A DNA stretch of 52,584 nt, counting the filler, from Sphacelaria rigidula (taxonomy: Eukaryota), in assembly GCA_964200075.2 (NCBI GenBank). It is 3 parts of 3 records of this genome, joined end to end, with 100 filler letters (N's around TTAATTAATTAA, not from the genome) between each part and the next. Parts side by side here need not be neighbours in the genome. Positions count along the whole stretch, not along the records: positions 35,126 to 52,584 come from CAXNAA020001077.1; 2 more parts are not named here. One strand, written 5' to 3'. The stretch's first letter is position 1. Every line of letters begins with the position of its first letter. The notes below the pieces were generated by a model that saw nothing but the letters and a program-made list of their open reading frames with translations, did no database searches and was not told where the DNA came from. Positions 36,669 through 48,932 of the stretch are shown one piece after another. Both the position numbers and the translations under genes were made by a program.

Positions 36669-37183
36669 TTCACCGATGAGCACGAGCGGGAAGTAGACAT
36701 TTACAAATTTGCCGATGAGCACAAATTTAGAAAGTCGTCGACGAGCAGAAATTTATCCATTCGCCGATGAGCACGAGCAGGGAGTAAAAAATGAAAGAAA
36801 TGCCGACGATCGAAAATTTGCAAATTTGCCGATGAGCACGAACGGCAGTCCATGTTGGGTCGTCTGTCGAAAGCAACGTGCAAAACTTTTACGAATCTGC
36901 CGATGAGCACGAGCATATAGCCGCTGCACATGTCGGGTCGTCCCTCAAATGCAACGTGCCAACATTTCACAAATTCGCCGATGAGCACGAACGGGAAGTC
37001 AAAATTTTACGAATTTCGCCGATGATGACGAACGTATAGCGGCAGCGCAAGTCGGGTAAAAAAAGTACATTCTCGCCGATGAGCACGAACGGGAAGTAAG
37101 AAACTATGAATTCGTCGATGATGACTAACGTATAGCAGCAGTTCGGGACGGGCAAAAAATTACAACTTCGCCAACGAGCACCA
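36669..37183 (+). repeat. Array of about 10-12 interspaced TTCGCCGATGAGCACGA motifs
   Basis: Clear copies start near 36669, 36708, 36760, 36825, 36896, 36973, 37015, 37072, 37111 and 37167, plus two degenerate ones. Confidence 0.9.
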
Positions 37184-37589
37184 AACACCAAACATCCCAT
37201 CCATTTATAGACATATATGGGGAGGATACCTCTTTTCAGTGACATATCAGAGATTGATGCCATACATGTATGCAGACCCAGCGCAAGCAGGGTCAAGGCA
37301 GGGGCGTTCCGGAAGGACCAGATTGCCGAGGACCCTGTAACGCCGACGTAACTAGACAACTTGGGGTGATGCCAGGAAGAGCCTAATGTAGGACGGTCCA
37401 ACATCCCCCAAGGTCTGGGTCGCCCCTGGCGCCCACTTCTCGTCAGACCCCACTTCTTGCCTACATATACAAGATGAAATCATCGCCAGCCTCGGAGTTC
37501 CTTCGGCATCAGAACGGTAGTCTCCCCGTAGGTCTCTGACTACTCTGGCGATACGCCTTCCTCACATACATGTACGTATCAATGATCCC

Positions 37590-37931
37590 CGAACGTACAT
37601 ATGTCGAATTTCGACGAATCCGGTGGCGGGTCGCCCGAACGCAGGGGTAGTCGCACTTATTCACAGACCCCCACGGCGACGGCCCAACAGTATAGGCAGC
37701 AGGGCAAGGAGAGGAGGGGAGTTGCGGACAGCCGGGGTTGGCAGCAACGGCTATGTATATAATCATAAATGGAATCCTGCCGACCCCGGATGTCCGCACC
37801 TTCCCTCCTCTCATTGCCCTACTAGCTGTACTGTTGTGCCGCCGCCGCGTGGGTCTATGAATAAGTGCGACCACCGTCGCGTTCGGACGACCCTCCATCA
37901 GGTTCGTCGACATTTGGCACACGTATGTTCG
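37590..37931. repeat. ~340-bp fold-back (MITE-like)
   Basis: Arms of about 160 bp (e.g. gtcgcacttattca.agaccc / gggtct.tgaataagtgcgac) around a short AT-rich loop. Confidence 0.85.
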
Positions 37932-38599
37932 CGCTAACACTATGTATATGAATGGATGGGATGTTTGGTGTTTGGTTGTGGTGGACAGGATGGAATGTCA
38001 TGAGTATGTGGACCAATAGATCCATGGGATGGGATGTTTTCTTTGTTGTCCTGGCAGGATTGGGACAAGGGAAAGACAAATTCGAAGAAAACACAAAGGC
38101 ACGGGGGCATAAATCCGCCCAGGGTAATTGATGGTTTGGCATTGCTAGTATACTGCAGGGTAGACGTTTCGTAGTTGTTGACACTCTGCATTTAGTATAG
38201 CGCAAAGTCGCAAAGATTATTTCGAGTAGCGGAGAGTACAGTGATCGAAAATGCCCGCACTCAGTCAGATGGTTATATAACGGGTATATTGGATGCAGGT
38301 GTATACATGAGATATCGGGTACTGTCCAAAATATTGGGCACTGTACTGGCATTTTGGATGATGGCACATGGAGAATTACCTCGAATATGGCAATTCAGTC
38401 ATTCGGGGAGTTCTTTTATCCCGAACATCATGGCATGGCGTGTGCCCAAAGTGACGTTTGGTACAAGCGGGGCGTACTGGATGACGCGCCCTTTAGCCTG
38501 ACGGGTACGGTTTGTTTACGAGTTTATTTTCCCCTAGGGATCCACTTGATTGTGGGACCCTGTTTCGGAGTTGGTATAATCATGAAATATGTCTGTTTC

Positions 38600-39395
38600 G
38601 GTTGATGGATGGTACGAGAGGTGATTATCATCGTATCAGTACATGTAGACATATTTGCGGTAGAGGAGGAGGAGAGATGTGATGAGTTTGGTCAAGACCT
38701 CAACACAATGGCCGCAGCTAAGAACCTTGGGAATTTTGCGTTGGTATCCTGCACTACACTACGAGAGAGACACTGAGAGAGGGATATTGACTCTTTCACA
38801 GGAGACGAATGCAGAAGATTTGGCAAAGGAATACCATCTAGAGTGGGAAAAGAGTATCTCCATTGAGATAGGAACGCTAACTCTTTCACAGGAGACGTAT
38901 GCAGAAGAGATGGCAAAGGAGTACGATGTAGAGTGGGGGGAGAGTATCGCCATACGCCACTAACCTTTGTGACGGTTTAAGAGACAACCAACTAGACTAC
39001 TGACCAGTCAGCGCTGACTTGTCAACTTTCTAGTTGGTTGTCTCTTAAACCGTCACACGCTGCAGGTGTGAAGCCTGAAAAGTCCAGTGTAGAAGAACAA
39101 GCCACGACATTTTCGTTTCGGGAGTTAGTAGGGTCGCCGGTGTGTCTGGCAGCCAGCCCAAAGAAGGCCAGATATTTTCCGACGCAATACGTGCAGTAGT
39201 GAGGTACTCCGCCTCATCTAAACCCATTCATAGGCGTGCTGCACTTGGTATATCTGGATTATGTGAAGCGAACGGGTTCGCGGGAGATTTCTTTCCGTAG
39301 AGGTAGCATGCAGGGGTTGAGCTTTCACGTGTCCACCGATGCCGACTACGCAAGCAAGGCAGTCAATAGAGATAGAACGTCGGTATCAGAGGGGA
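38600..39395 (+). mobile_element. Decayed Ty1/copia RT-RNaseH fragment with an internal 90-bp tandem duplication
   Basis: Remnants HVDIFAV, ERGILTLSQE, RPDISDAIRAV and TDADYASKA...RTSVS are copia RT/RNaseH-like. Confidence 0.7.
38968..39057. repeat. 90-bp near-perfect palindrome inside the copia relic
   Basis: Perfect 29-bp arms TGTGACGGTTTAAGAGACAACCAACTAGA, with the palindromic centre AGTCAGCGCTGACT. Confidence 0.95.
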
Positions 39396-41203
39396 AAATC
39401 GTGCGTTCGCACAAACCCTCTGGGGGAACGGAAGACGGGAAACCTCCCATAACAAATTTTAGGGGGGTAGGGGGGAAAAGGTCGTCCATATGAAAGTCAT
39501 TTGTCACGACTTGAGGTCAGGGAAAGCACTGATTTTGATTTAAACCTCATTTTTATGTTCAACCCCATTTCTTAGAATCCTCTCTGTGAGATCGTCCATG
39601 TGTCGGGAAGGGTCGTGGTAGGATCATATTTTGGATGTGCGCGAAGTAGGCTGACCCGGGAAGGTGAAGAAAAACCAAGAGCTTTAAGGCGACACCCTCC
39701 CTGTCGTGGGTACTGCTCGCTGGAACCGAAACGCACCCCCGGCGCGCAGCTCACACTAGGCCGAACCCCCAGTACGGACACCAAAGCAACGGCATCTAAG
39801 CCAAACGCCGGATGTATCTTGCACTGTTTTGTCGCGGGAACAATATCTCACGAGAAACTGCATAGGGCGCAACGATACGGGATTGGCTTTCTCGTCCAGT
39901 CGTGTCTTGCTGTTGGCGACGGGAACGGGTCTGTGTCCCGTCCGTCACTTCCCGTCGTTTTTCAGGCGACAGGAAAACGCTGCCGTCCGGACGCGACAGA
40001 AAAAGTTCCCTTTCTGTTCCGTTGCTGTTTCGGGGACGGAACACTGTCCTGTCTCGTTGTTCTTTGGCGACGGGAACACGTCCCCGCTCGGTTCCAAGCC
40101 GACGGGAAACTGCTCCTCTCCAGTTCCATTGTCCCGGGAAAATTCGTGGTCTTTCTCACGAGATTGTCATCAGATTGAAGGGATTTCTCGTCAACAAAAC
40201 GGAAGACGTGCCCTTCTCGAGTGCCATACGCGCAGTAGTGGTTGCGCCGCAGTTTAGTGTCCCCCTGCGAGGAATATGATATTTTCAAGGGCCTAAATCG
40301 CGTCGATGAAATCCAAAGACTTTTCAGTGAAATCACATTCTCGGGACGAGAAATCAGTTTGAGAAAGTAATTCCTCTAGAGGGTTGGGTATCGCTGCGGG
40401 CAATCTCCGGCGGATGTGATTGCGGGAATTCGACACTTTTCGGACGCTAAGACAAGGTTTGAAGGGTTGGTACTCCGCTCCTCTCGGTAGCAGCATTTCC
40501 TATGAGCTAGCTGATTGATGGGTTGGTCGTCGATCGCCCGCCCTGAACATTTTTGTTGTAAAAGAGAGATCGCTGTGCTCGAGAATGTATTGTGACAGAA
40601 TGCTGAATGTATGACCATTTCGGCACATCTCCAGCGCCGGAAACCCCGACCGCGGTGCTGAGAAGCGCCTTTTACTCTTTCTGATCACTACGTCAAAAGG
40701 TAAGATGCTGTAGGTTCCGTAGTCGTCGACACTTGATTTAAACTGAGTTTAATCCGAAGCAATATTTTCCAACGTTTCCTCGTAGTGCTCGATCGACGCG
40801 CTTGAGGGTTTGCATACCAGTGTCCAAGTACAAGACAGGTGACCTCCTGAACCTGAAGGTAGGTAGGCATCGCCCACTAGATACTGATTATTATGCTCGA
40901 CGTATTATAGAAGGAATCAATACTCCACAACCTGCAAAGGCAGGTTTTCACCATATACATGCGCTTTCCAGTGTTAATTGGCATCAGTGTATTGGGGGTC
41001 GGAACGCTGAGCTCGCTGGTACTACCTATATATACGAGAGGCAAAAAAAAAAAAATGAAGACCTGTTTTCGCAAACACCATGTTACCTTGATTCGAAATT
41101 TTCGATCCGAAGAACTCCTTTTGACTTATGCATCCCGTGTTTCTCCCCCCCCCCCCTCCCTCCCCCCCGGAACCGTCTTTACTCCGCGCGTGCGCGTGCA
41201 TAG

Positions 41204-41374
41204 CCTCCGCTCCTGTTTTACCTTCTCGCCATAGAATCGCAACCTTGGGATGATGTGACTATCCTCACGTCTGCGGAGACATGGGGGGTCCTGAAGGGGA
41301 TCAATCCTACTTTCATCGTCTTGGAAACGATGGCGAAGAGCGGGGCTCTGGGACCAAATGTACGGACGTTCCAG
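41204..41374 (+). CDS. Uncharacterised protein, possibly GT11/fucosyltransferase-like, internal exon (PPLLFYLLAIESQPWDDVTILTSAETWGVLKGINPTFIVLETMAKSGALGPNVRTFQ)
   Basis: TAG acceptor and CAG|GTGAAA donor, 171 nt, phase 0-0, joining in frame to 46042. Confidence 0.7.
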
Positions 41375-42272
41375 GTGAAAAAGAAGAAGCGCGGAGGTAA
41401 TCGCTCCGGGTTAACCAACGTGGAGATAGGCCCACTCGTGAGAAATGATGATTGGCTTCAGGACAAACGTGGCGACAGAAGTGGCTTCAGCGTACCGCAT
41501 AGCTGAATATTTGTACTTTTATGCCCTCGGACATCACAGGCTCACTCTTGATAACCCGGGTGCAGTATGGGCAGTCTGAATGCACTCCGTAGTATCTAAC
41601 AGAAAGCGGTAAAATATCGTATAAAGGGCGCAACAAAAGTCACTGTTGTTTTTCACTGCTGGACATTTGTTTTTCCCAGGGATACACACGTTACACACGT
41701 GCCACAACGTTACACGTTACGTGAACGTTACGTTTTGACCGAAACGTAACGTGAACGTCAAGTTTTTTGTGCGTGATGAACGTAACGTAACGTAACGTAA
41801 CCGTTGACATTTCAAATGAGACGTCAACGTGACGTCAAATTTTCCTAACGTTCAAAACACATGATATGAAACGTTTCATGGAACGTGTAACATATAGTAC
41901 ACGTTACACGTGCATTAGACGTTACACGTTACATGAAACGTCATAAACACGTTACATGAAGTGGTGCACACTTCAAGTTTGCAATGAAGTTTCAAATCCG
42001 AAAAGACCGTGTTTCAATATACACGAGCGAGTTTGAAAGACGATGGTGGAGGATATACTATTTCAGCAACTTCGCGCGCTCCGCGCCACAGCACACATTA
42101 CAAGTTATCGTTGCAGCACAGCATCATAACACCATAATCATCTTGACCACATTCATATCAACAGAAGAGACCGGGTGTAGCGTAACCGTTCACGTCACGT
42201 TCGTGTGTAACAAGTACATGGCATGGATCCAGGGGGGGAATCGGTGGGTCCACAACTAGGGGGTGCCGCAGC

Positions 42273-43110
42273 TAGAGCCTGGTATCATATCAACTTTTCG
42301 ATATATAGTATATCTATATATACCCCTCCCGAAAAAGGTGATATGTCATAAAAGTTGATTTATATGTAGTCATGTTCATATACCCCCATTTTCCCATAGA
42401 TCGCTATGAATCTGATATATTTAGGGTATATGATATACAGGGGTATATATGGTATATATAGTTAGTATATATACCATATATATACCATATATATTATTTA
42501 TCACGTGATTTCTGGCCTGTGTGACGTGTATCACCTGGCATCTGACCTATATGATGATGAAATAACCTGCTACTTGATCTATTTGGAACATAATAATGTG
42601 GTGTACTACATATATGATGTGATATGCCTGACCACCCGTGATGTGCCCTGAAGGTCGGAGGTCGGAGGGATCACGTGTGGGGCGCCAGCAATAATAAAAA
42701 AGGAACATGAATATCCTCATAGTCCCTGCATACATAATATATGTCGCGTTTTCCAGTGATACTCTCGCATCTATGTACCTGTCGCCGTGTCACATCAGTA
42801 CCTGCCGTTGTGGGGAACTGTGCCCAGTGTGGCAATCGTATTGGTGACTCCACCAAACGCACCTGCTCCGAGGTTATATTTACATATGTGGTGAAGTGCA
42901 GACGTGCAGACAGCAGTAGCATTGCGATCAATAACGACAATGACATGTATCATACGAGTAAGAATATTCATGGCCTTTTTTTATTTTTGCTGGCGCCCTA
43001 CACGTGATCCCTCCGACCTCCGACCTTCAGGGCATATCACAGGGCATATGAAATATCGTATAGTATAGGGGGGTATATATAGGCTAGGCCTATATCTATA
43101 CCAGGCTCTA
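42273..43110. mobile_element. hAT-type MITE, third layer of the nest
   Basis: TIR TAGAGCCTGGTAT / ATACCAGGCTCTA with 8-bp TSD GCCGCAGC / GCCGCAGT. Confidence 0.9.
42635..43044. mobile_element. Innermost TIR element (~410 bp, ~80-bp TIRs)
   Basis: CCCGTGATGTGCCCTGAAGGTCGGAGGTCGGAGGGATCACGTGT and its inverted counterpart, with CA on both flanks. Confidence 0.7.
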
Positions 43111-45656
43111 GCCGCAGTCTCCAGCCAATCTCGGCGGTTGCCTGCAGCTGAAGCATCTACCGCAACGGCCAACAGCAGTACCGACGCGAGACTCGCCTGC
43201 CCCGTGGTCGACACGATCATTGTGCAAAATAAGCGGAAGCTTTGTAGGTACACGACCTAAGGCAGGCGAGAATCGGATCATGTACTTCCAGAGCGGTGAC
43301 AGAGTACCCTGACGATTTCGTGTGACGATGTTCACCTTCTTCCGTTCATTTTGCACAATAATCGTGTCGGCCACGGGGTAGGCGAGTCTCGCGTCAGTAT
43401 TGTTGTTTGCCCGTTGCGGCAGATGCTGCACCTGCAGGCAACGGCCGAGATTGGCTGGAGGCTGCGGCACCCCCTCGTTGTGGCCCCGCCGTTCCCCCCC
43501 CCCCCTGGATCCATCTCATGTACTTATCGAACGTGAGCGGGTACGTTACACGAGGGGCGGAGGGTATTGTAAATGTTTGCATTGAATTTTTTATTTGTAT
43601 TATATGTTACGTTGTTTCCTGTGGCGGAGAATTCTCTACGCTACAGTTGTTTTTTAGTCAGTTTATTCAATTTGTCTTGGTCATTTTATTTTCACTATTC
43701 GATTGAGATTTTTTTTTTGTGATTGCAGCCAGCGTTGTAGTTTTTTTACGTTGGGTACATTCGTCCTGCGACTACGGCTGGTTTCATAGCGGCTCAATCT
43801 GATGGGAAAATCCATCAGTCTGTGTACAGTAAAACAAAAGCTTGTCAATCTCGATAAGGGCACGTTTGCCTGGTCCGCGGTGTAAACCTGACCTACATAC
43901 ATGTACGCATACATACGTACGCCTGCCTCTGACGGCCGGGATAAAATACCATATTTGTCTATGTATACATGTACGCATATATGGAACCAAGGGTACCCGA
44001 TATTGTTTTGTCTGCGAAATGCCAGGACGACTCAAGTCGGCGTTCAATCATGTCTACGATCTGTGGTGTGTACAGTATGTGCTGTCGTGCAAATGACCAA
44101 GCATTCGCAAATTGCAAATCGAGAACCAAAATATGAAGAGAAGAGAGAAGACATGGAAATATAACAATCAAAAACGAATGAACGATACACTGTAGAGAAA
44201 GTCACGTTACAAAATCAAATAATTCACCTACGCTCAAACATACGACAGGCCACCGTCAGCCTCAGGTGCACAGTAACGTCACGCGTTACATGACACGCTA
44301 CGATGCCTTAAACACTGGTATATGAGCCGCGACATGCACATCATGAAACGTTACATACGAACGTTACGCGTGGCATTTGAACGTTTCATAGTATGTTAAA
44401 TGTATGAAACGTAACGTTAGTTTTTTTTAACGTGGAGAACGTAACGTAAAGTAACATGACCGTTAATTTTTCCAATGAAACGTTCAGGTAACATTAAGCT
44501 TCTTCAAAGTGCCAAACGAAACGTAACGTGAACGTTGAATTTTACAGTCGTGATGAACGTAACGTGTAACGTGTAACGTGTAACGTGTAACGTGTATAGC
44601 CCTGGATTTTTCATGTCCCATATGACTACTAGGACGCGGTTTGATCACCGTCACCCACTTTACCCACAGTGGGGGCAGTCTCCATACTACCAAGAAGTAA
44701 ACGATTGAATGTGGCATAAAAGTCTCGAGTCTCGTCTGACAGCTGTGACTTGTTCTGAATATGTCACGCCCAATGGCCTGTGGCTTGGGGCCACTACAGT
44801 AGTAGTAGCCCAAGAGGGAAATGAATGAAGGCAAGGTTTGAAAGGACAAGTGGCGGAGAAAAGGCTGTGTGAACCCCATAGCTTTTCCAACCCTCCGCTA
44901 TTACAAAACCAACCCTACTCCGTGAAGGCACTTGAATAGTATGCCCCATGAATTCATCTCCGACATCCATACGAACAGTATGTCGACCGGTACAGAAACG
45001 TTTCCGCCGAAACTTCCTTACATAATATTTAATCGACAGTAGCAGCCTGCCGACGTCCGTTGGGGTTACTCATCAATATCCAACCCCCTCCCTTGGGCGG
45101 TTGCTACGACGGTCAAGTTGCTCAATGATTCATACATTTCCATAACTGCCCAACTCAATTCTCACCAGTATATCGGGGTCCCGTCGTACGTGCCCCGACC
45201 AAGCACGATGAGTGTCTTGAGAATGATCTCGGGGACGTTTCATACACCAAGTTTCATCTACGTCCGGACAAACACAGTGGCCGGCAACAGCGGGTTGGAC
45301 CCACAATATTCAAACCTTCTGATCAAACCTGTACGTCGGCCTGCACAGCAACAGTGGAGCCAAAAGATACACACTCAGCTCTGACCGGCAGCCCTTACTT
45401 ACCGCAACGTGTCGTATCGACTGCCAGAGAATACGGTTCCCGCACACAATGAAGAATCTCACATCTAGCCAGGTAAAGAAATCGCGAGACGCTCGTGTCC
45501 ATATACCCGACACTGTCATTTAGAATAAACGCCTCCGAAATGGCATAGCAGTACACATTGCTCTACATTGCTAGCCTGTGACCACGGAAGGCGTCCGCAT
45601 CAGATGTCTAGTACGAATGTGCCGCTCAGATATCGGAACGGTTTTTAATGTGAAAG

Positions 45657-45677
45657 CAACAACAGCAACAACAACAA

Positions 45678-45728
<51 letters not shown>
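45657..45728. repeat. (AAC)n microsatellite
   Basis: Seen directly, with a few AGC interruptions. Confidence 0.95.
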
Positions 45729-45729
<1 letters not shown>

Positions 45730-46041
45730 AGTACACGAATACACGTGATCACTGCCCACGCACGTACGTCTACAACGTACGGGCCCGCGTCTCGCGAAGC
45801 AAAGCTCCTCTGTTTGTCTCGCGAGAACGCTTCAAAATTCCACTTCGAACAAGTGCACGTACAAGGCGACTAACGGATGACATGCAATCCTGCATCCCCC
45901 CCCCCCCAAATGACTAAGGCAAGCAACAAATGAGTACGCCCCCCCATCGCGATACGAGGTCAACGGCCTTATGACTATGGCATGCATGATCATGAGTACA
46001 CCCCCCATCATTCGTTCCTCCTCCGCTACCATCACCACCAG

Positions 46042-46260
46042 AACCGGACGTTGTTGGAAGATCTCGACTCGATGTTGTGCGCCGATGGCTTGGTGGCGGC
46101 GCGGTCTAGCATGTCCTTCCTCACATTCGCGCATACTCGAGCAACGCGGTTCTTCGTCCCAAGCGAGTGCGGCAACGGCCAATGGCGGATGGGTGACTTC
46201 AGCACCGTAGCTACTTACGACAACACCACGTTCCTGGCGTTAGAGAGGCCCGATGCACAG
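46042..46260 (+). CDS. Same gene, internal exon (NRTLLEDLDSMLCADGLVAARSSMSFLTFAH...LALERPDAQ)
   Basis: CAG acceptor and CAG|GTGACT donor, 219 nt, phase 0-0. EDLxxMxxAxxLVxAxSSxS resembles fucosyltransferase motif III (inference). Confidence 0.7.
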
Positions 46261-48300
46261 GTGACTTGAAGGCTCAGTGTAAAGCAATGTCACGTATTTC
46301 ACACTGACATTGGTGATCGATGAAAGCGCTGCAGAGCTTCCCCGCAATTGTTTTTTCACCTGGGACCCCAAAATTTCGGTTATTGGCATTCAATTTTGTG
46401 CGGCGCGTACTACTTGTCAAGAGCTGCCAGTAGGTGAAGGAATGCAACCATGTTTTTCGAAGAATTGATCCGGGTACTGCACGAAGATTTTCATTTCCCA
46501 GGTCATCATACTCAATGAAGAGCTCCGTCCTCGATCTTGAGGATCGGTGAGTGGGGAAGTGCACGATCCTGCGATGAATCTGCAGTATGCTTCGCTGCGG
46601 AGTTTGCACTTTGGATGGTGCAGAAACGTTGTTGTAAGATGTACGCTTCCTTTGTCCTTCGTGGTGGGCCAACTATCTTGGAGTGGCATGTGAATTTTTC
46701 CCGACTTGTGTACTGTCAGCGCGGGCCGAAACATGCATCACTTGTGTCTCGTGTGAAGCAAGCAGACGGCATGATAACATGCAGCCACAAATATGCTCGC
46801 ACACGATGCTAATAGGGCACTGCAAATGCGTCGAGAATGAGAGTACCACTCGTCCGAGCAAACTCACGATCACTATTTGCGCCTCATCCATGGAAACCTA
46901 GTGACGAAATGAGTGTGCGTATAGCGTTGCACGAGGTACGGGTGTTACTATTTCGCTCGCGCTAGCACTATGCGGATTGGCCGGCTTCTTATGCGGGCGT
47001 GGAAGCGGCATAGAATGAAGACGTACCCAAGACTCAGCAAGGTGATCACGGGGATGACTCGTGCCAGCAGGCTCAGGATAAGCCGAGTTTTTTTGGCCTT
47101 GCATCTGCTCTTGGTATTATAGCTTAGGGTTGGATTTATTTATTTTTTCTGGGAATTACTACTCGAGTGGTCGCCGAGATGTCCTGCTTGTTACATGCGT
47201 TCGAGAGACAAGCTTCTGGAGTGGGACTTTCCCGTGCTATTTTGTTTTCGCGGAGGCTACACCGATCTCATTAGCGAACAGCGTAACAACCAAGCTTGAA
47301 CAACCACAACGAAACCCCAACGGGTGAAAAGCGAGGGAAAAACAAGGCGTCACCTGAAGGTGTACGTCACCCGACGTCTATATACGGTGAAGAACACACT
47401 GATTATTAGTCCCATAAGCATTGTGGTTGAATCATGGGTTTGGACAAGGTGGCTCCGCCCAACAAACAACCCCAACTTTTCCCGACAGGGAGCGAGGCAG
47501 CGTACACACATACGTACTGCATAACCAAATCAACATGTATAGGTAATAAAAAGTGTCGGAGCACGCGAGGACCGATCGAGACATCTGTGACCTCATATAG
47601 CGCAGTCTATATCCCGATCAGCCGACGATAGTGGCGGCGTGCGCTGTAGGGGACGTGACGATCTACATTTACTTGTGCCAGTGGTTGATGGAAACCCTTC
47701 ACGCAAGCGAAAATTTCTTTTTCACTGTTAACCGTGCGGTCGACGCACTGTACCGCGCCGCATTTATTTGCCTCTTGAAACAGTCAATTGGCGGAGCCGT
47801 TGTCGGCATACAAATCCACCGACAAAGCAAACGTCCCACCCAAGTCACCTCTGTCTGAGTGGCCAGTAAATGGCAGTAGCGATCGCCAATGTCACCACGC
47901 ACAAAGTGCTTACTGTGGACTAGGCGACCCCAGCAAACGTCGATGCCGACCCAGCAACATGACGGGAGCCAACTCTGGCCGTAAAGAGTTGTGCGGCAAA
48001 TATTCCATGGTTCGCGGAATGCTCTGGGAGCAAGCGACGAGATCGTACTTTTGCTATGAAATTGTACGGCTGTAGTGTTGCGTCCCTACACACATATACA
48101 TACCAAGAGTTATATCGCGCACGTCGCTTGCTGTCGATTTCTCATGTTCGTGTGCAATCCATCATCTAATGACTACCTCGATTAGACCTCTAGGTGGTTG
48201 GTAGGCCACGGTTGTGAAAGGTATAACATGAATTTTTAGTGGGGAAGCCAACATGGGCTAGCGGAGAGTTGTCCTGTGCGTGGACTTGTATGAAAAGCAC

Positions 48301-48932
48301 CAAGGGTGTGCTGGGTAGGGTGTTTCCTGCATTTGGGTATTTTCAAAAATCGTATTCTACGTACCCAAAACTCGGATAAAATATTGTGATCGTACTCAAC
48401 GATATCCAGATACTTCCTCTGTCCCATAAATAAAGGTACCTGAATTTGTACGGGCCCTTAACGATGTCCGATCGTTTTTGTTTTTTTCAATGAACGGTGT
48501 TTTGGGGTCAAGAAAATGTGTTTTAAATTTGCTTGCTGCTGCCAGGAAGTCCCACGCGATGAAAAAAATCAAAAAAAGAAAATTTCGACATTTTTTTTCC
48601 CTCGGAAAGGGGCAAAAAACGGCTTTTTTGGGCCGACTACTTTTTTTGCAGCCGTTCGGCGGCATGGTTCAAGCACGAGCTGCAAATTTGAAACACTTTT
48701 TCTTGATCCAAAAAACACCGTAGAGTTCATTTATGAAAAAAAAACGATCGGACACCGTCAAGGGCCCGTACAAATTTAGGTACCTTTACTTATGGGACAG
48801 AGGAAGTATTAGGTAAAGTACTGCGATCGTACCTGATCATACCCAATATTTGGGTAGAGGTTGGAAAGCGGACCATCGTGACACAAAATTCGGCAGAGTC
48901 AATATTCGGGTATTTACCCTACCCAACCCTTG
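48301..48932. mobile_element. hAT-type MITE
   Basis: CAAGGGT...TGGGTAGGGT / ACCCTACCCAACCCTTG with perfect 8-bp TSD AAAAGCAC (48293-48300 and 48933-48940). Confidence 0.85.
48413..48806. mobile_element. Stowaway-like (Tc1/mariner) MITE nested in the hAT MITE
   Basis: TA|CTTCCTCTGTCCCATAA...TTATGGGACAGAGGAAG|TA, with arms of about 65 bp. Confidence 0.9.

Larger units (their letters stand above)
35709..37218. mobile_element. Putative TIR element with a subterminal repeat array and a nested hairpin
   Basis: ATATATGT..ATA.TTGGATGAGATGTTTGGTGTTTGGT at the left end and its reverse complement at 37180-37218. A related left end recurs at about 37940-38090. Confidence 0.6.
42217..43520. mobile_element. 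Fold-back element, second layer of the nest
   Basis: CATGGCATGGATCCAGGGGG / CCCCCTGGATCCATCTCATG. The arms pair over about 180 bp once 42273-43110 is removed. Confidence 0.8.
41677..44604. mobile_element. Non-autonomous hAT-like element with ACGTTAC/GTAACGT subterminal repeats; outer layer of a nest
   Basis: TIR CAGGGATACACACGTTACAC / GTGTAACGTGTATAGCCCTG. Flanks GTTTTTCC and GATTTTTC match at 6/8. Confidence 0.75.

Noticed and set aside
36669-37183. True CRISPR array
   Set aside because: Repeats are short and degenerate, spacer lengths are irregular, spacers are mutually related, no cas genes are present, and the context is eukaryotic.
41375-41506. Ulp1-like protease hint (LVRNDDWLQD) in ORF 41255..41506
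   Set aside because: It lies beyond a CAG|GTGAAA donor and is best read as intron. No catalytic motifs follow.
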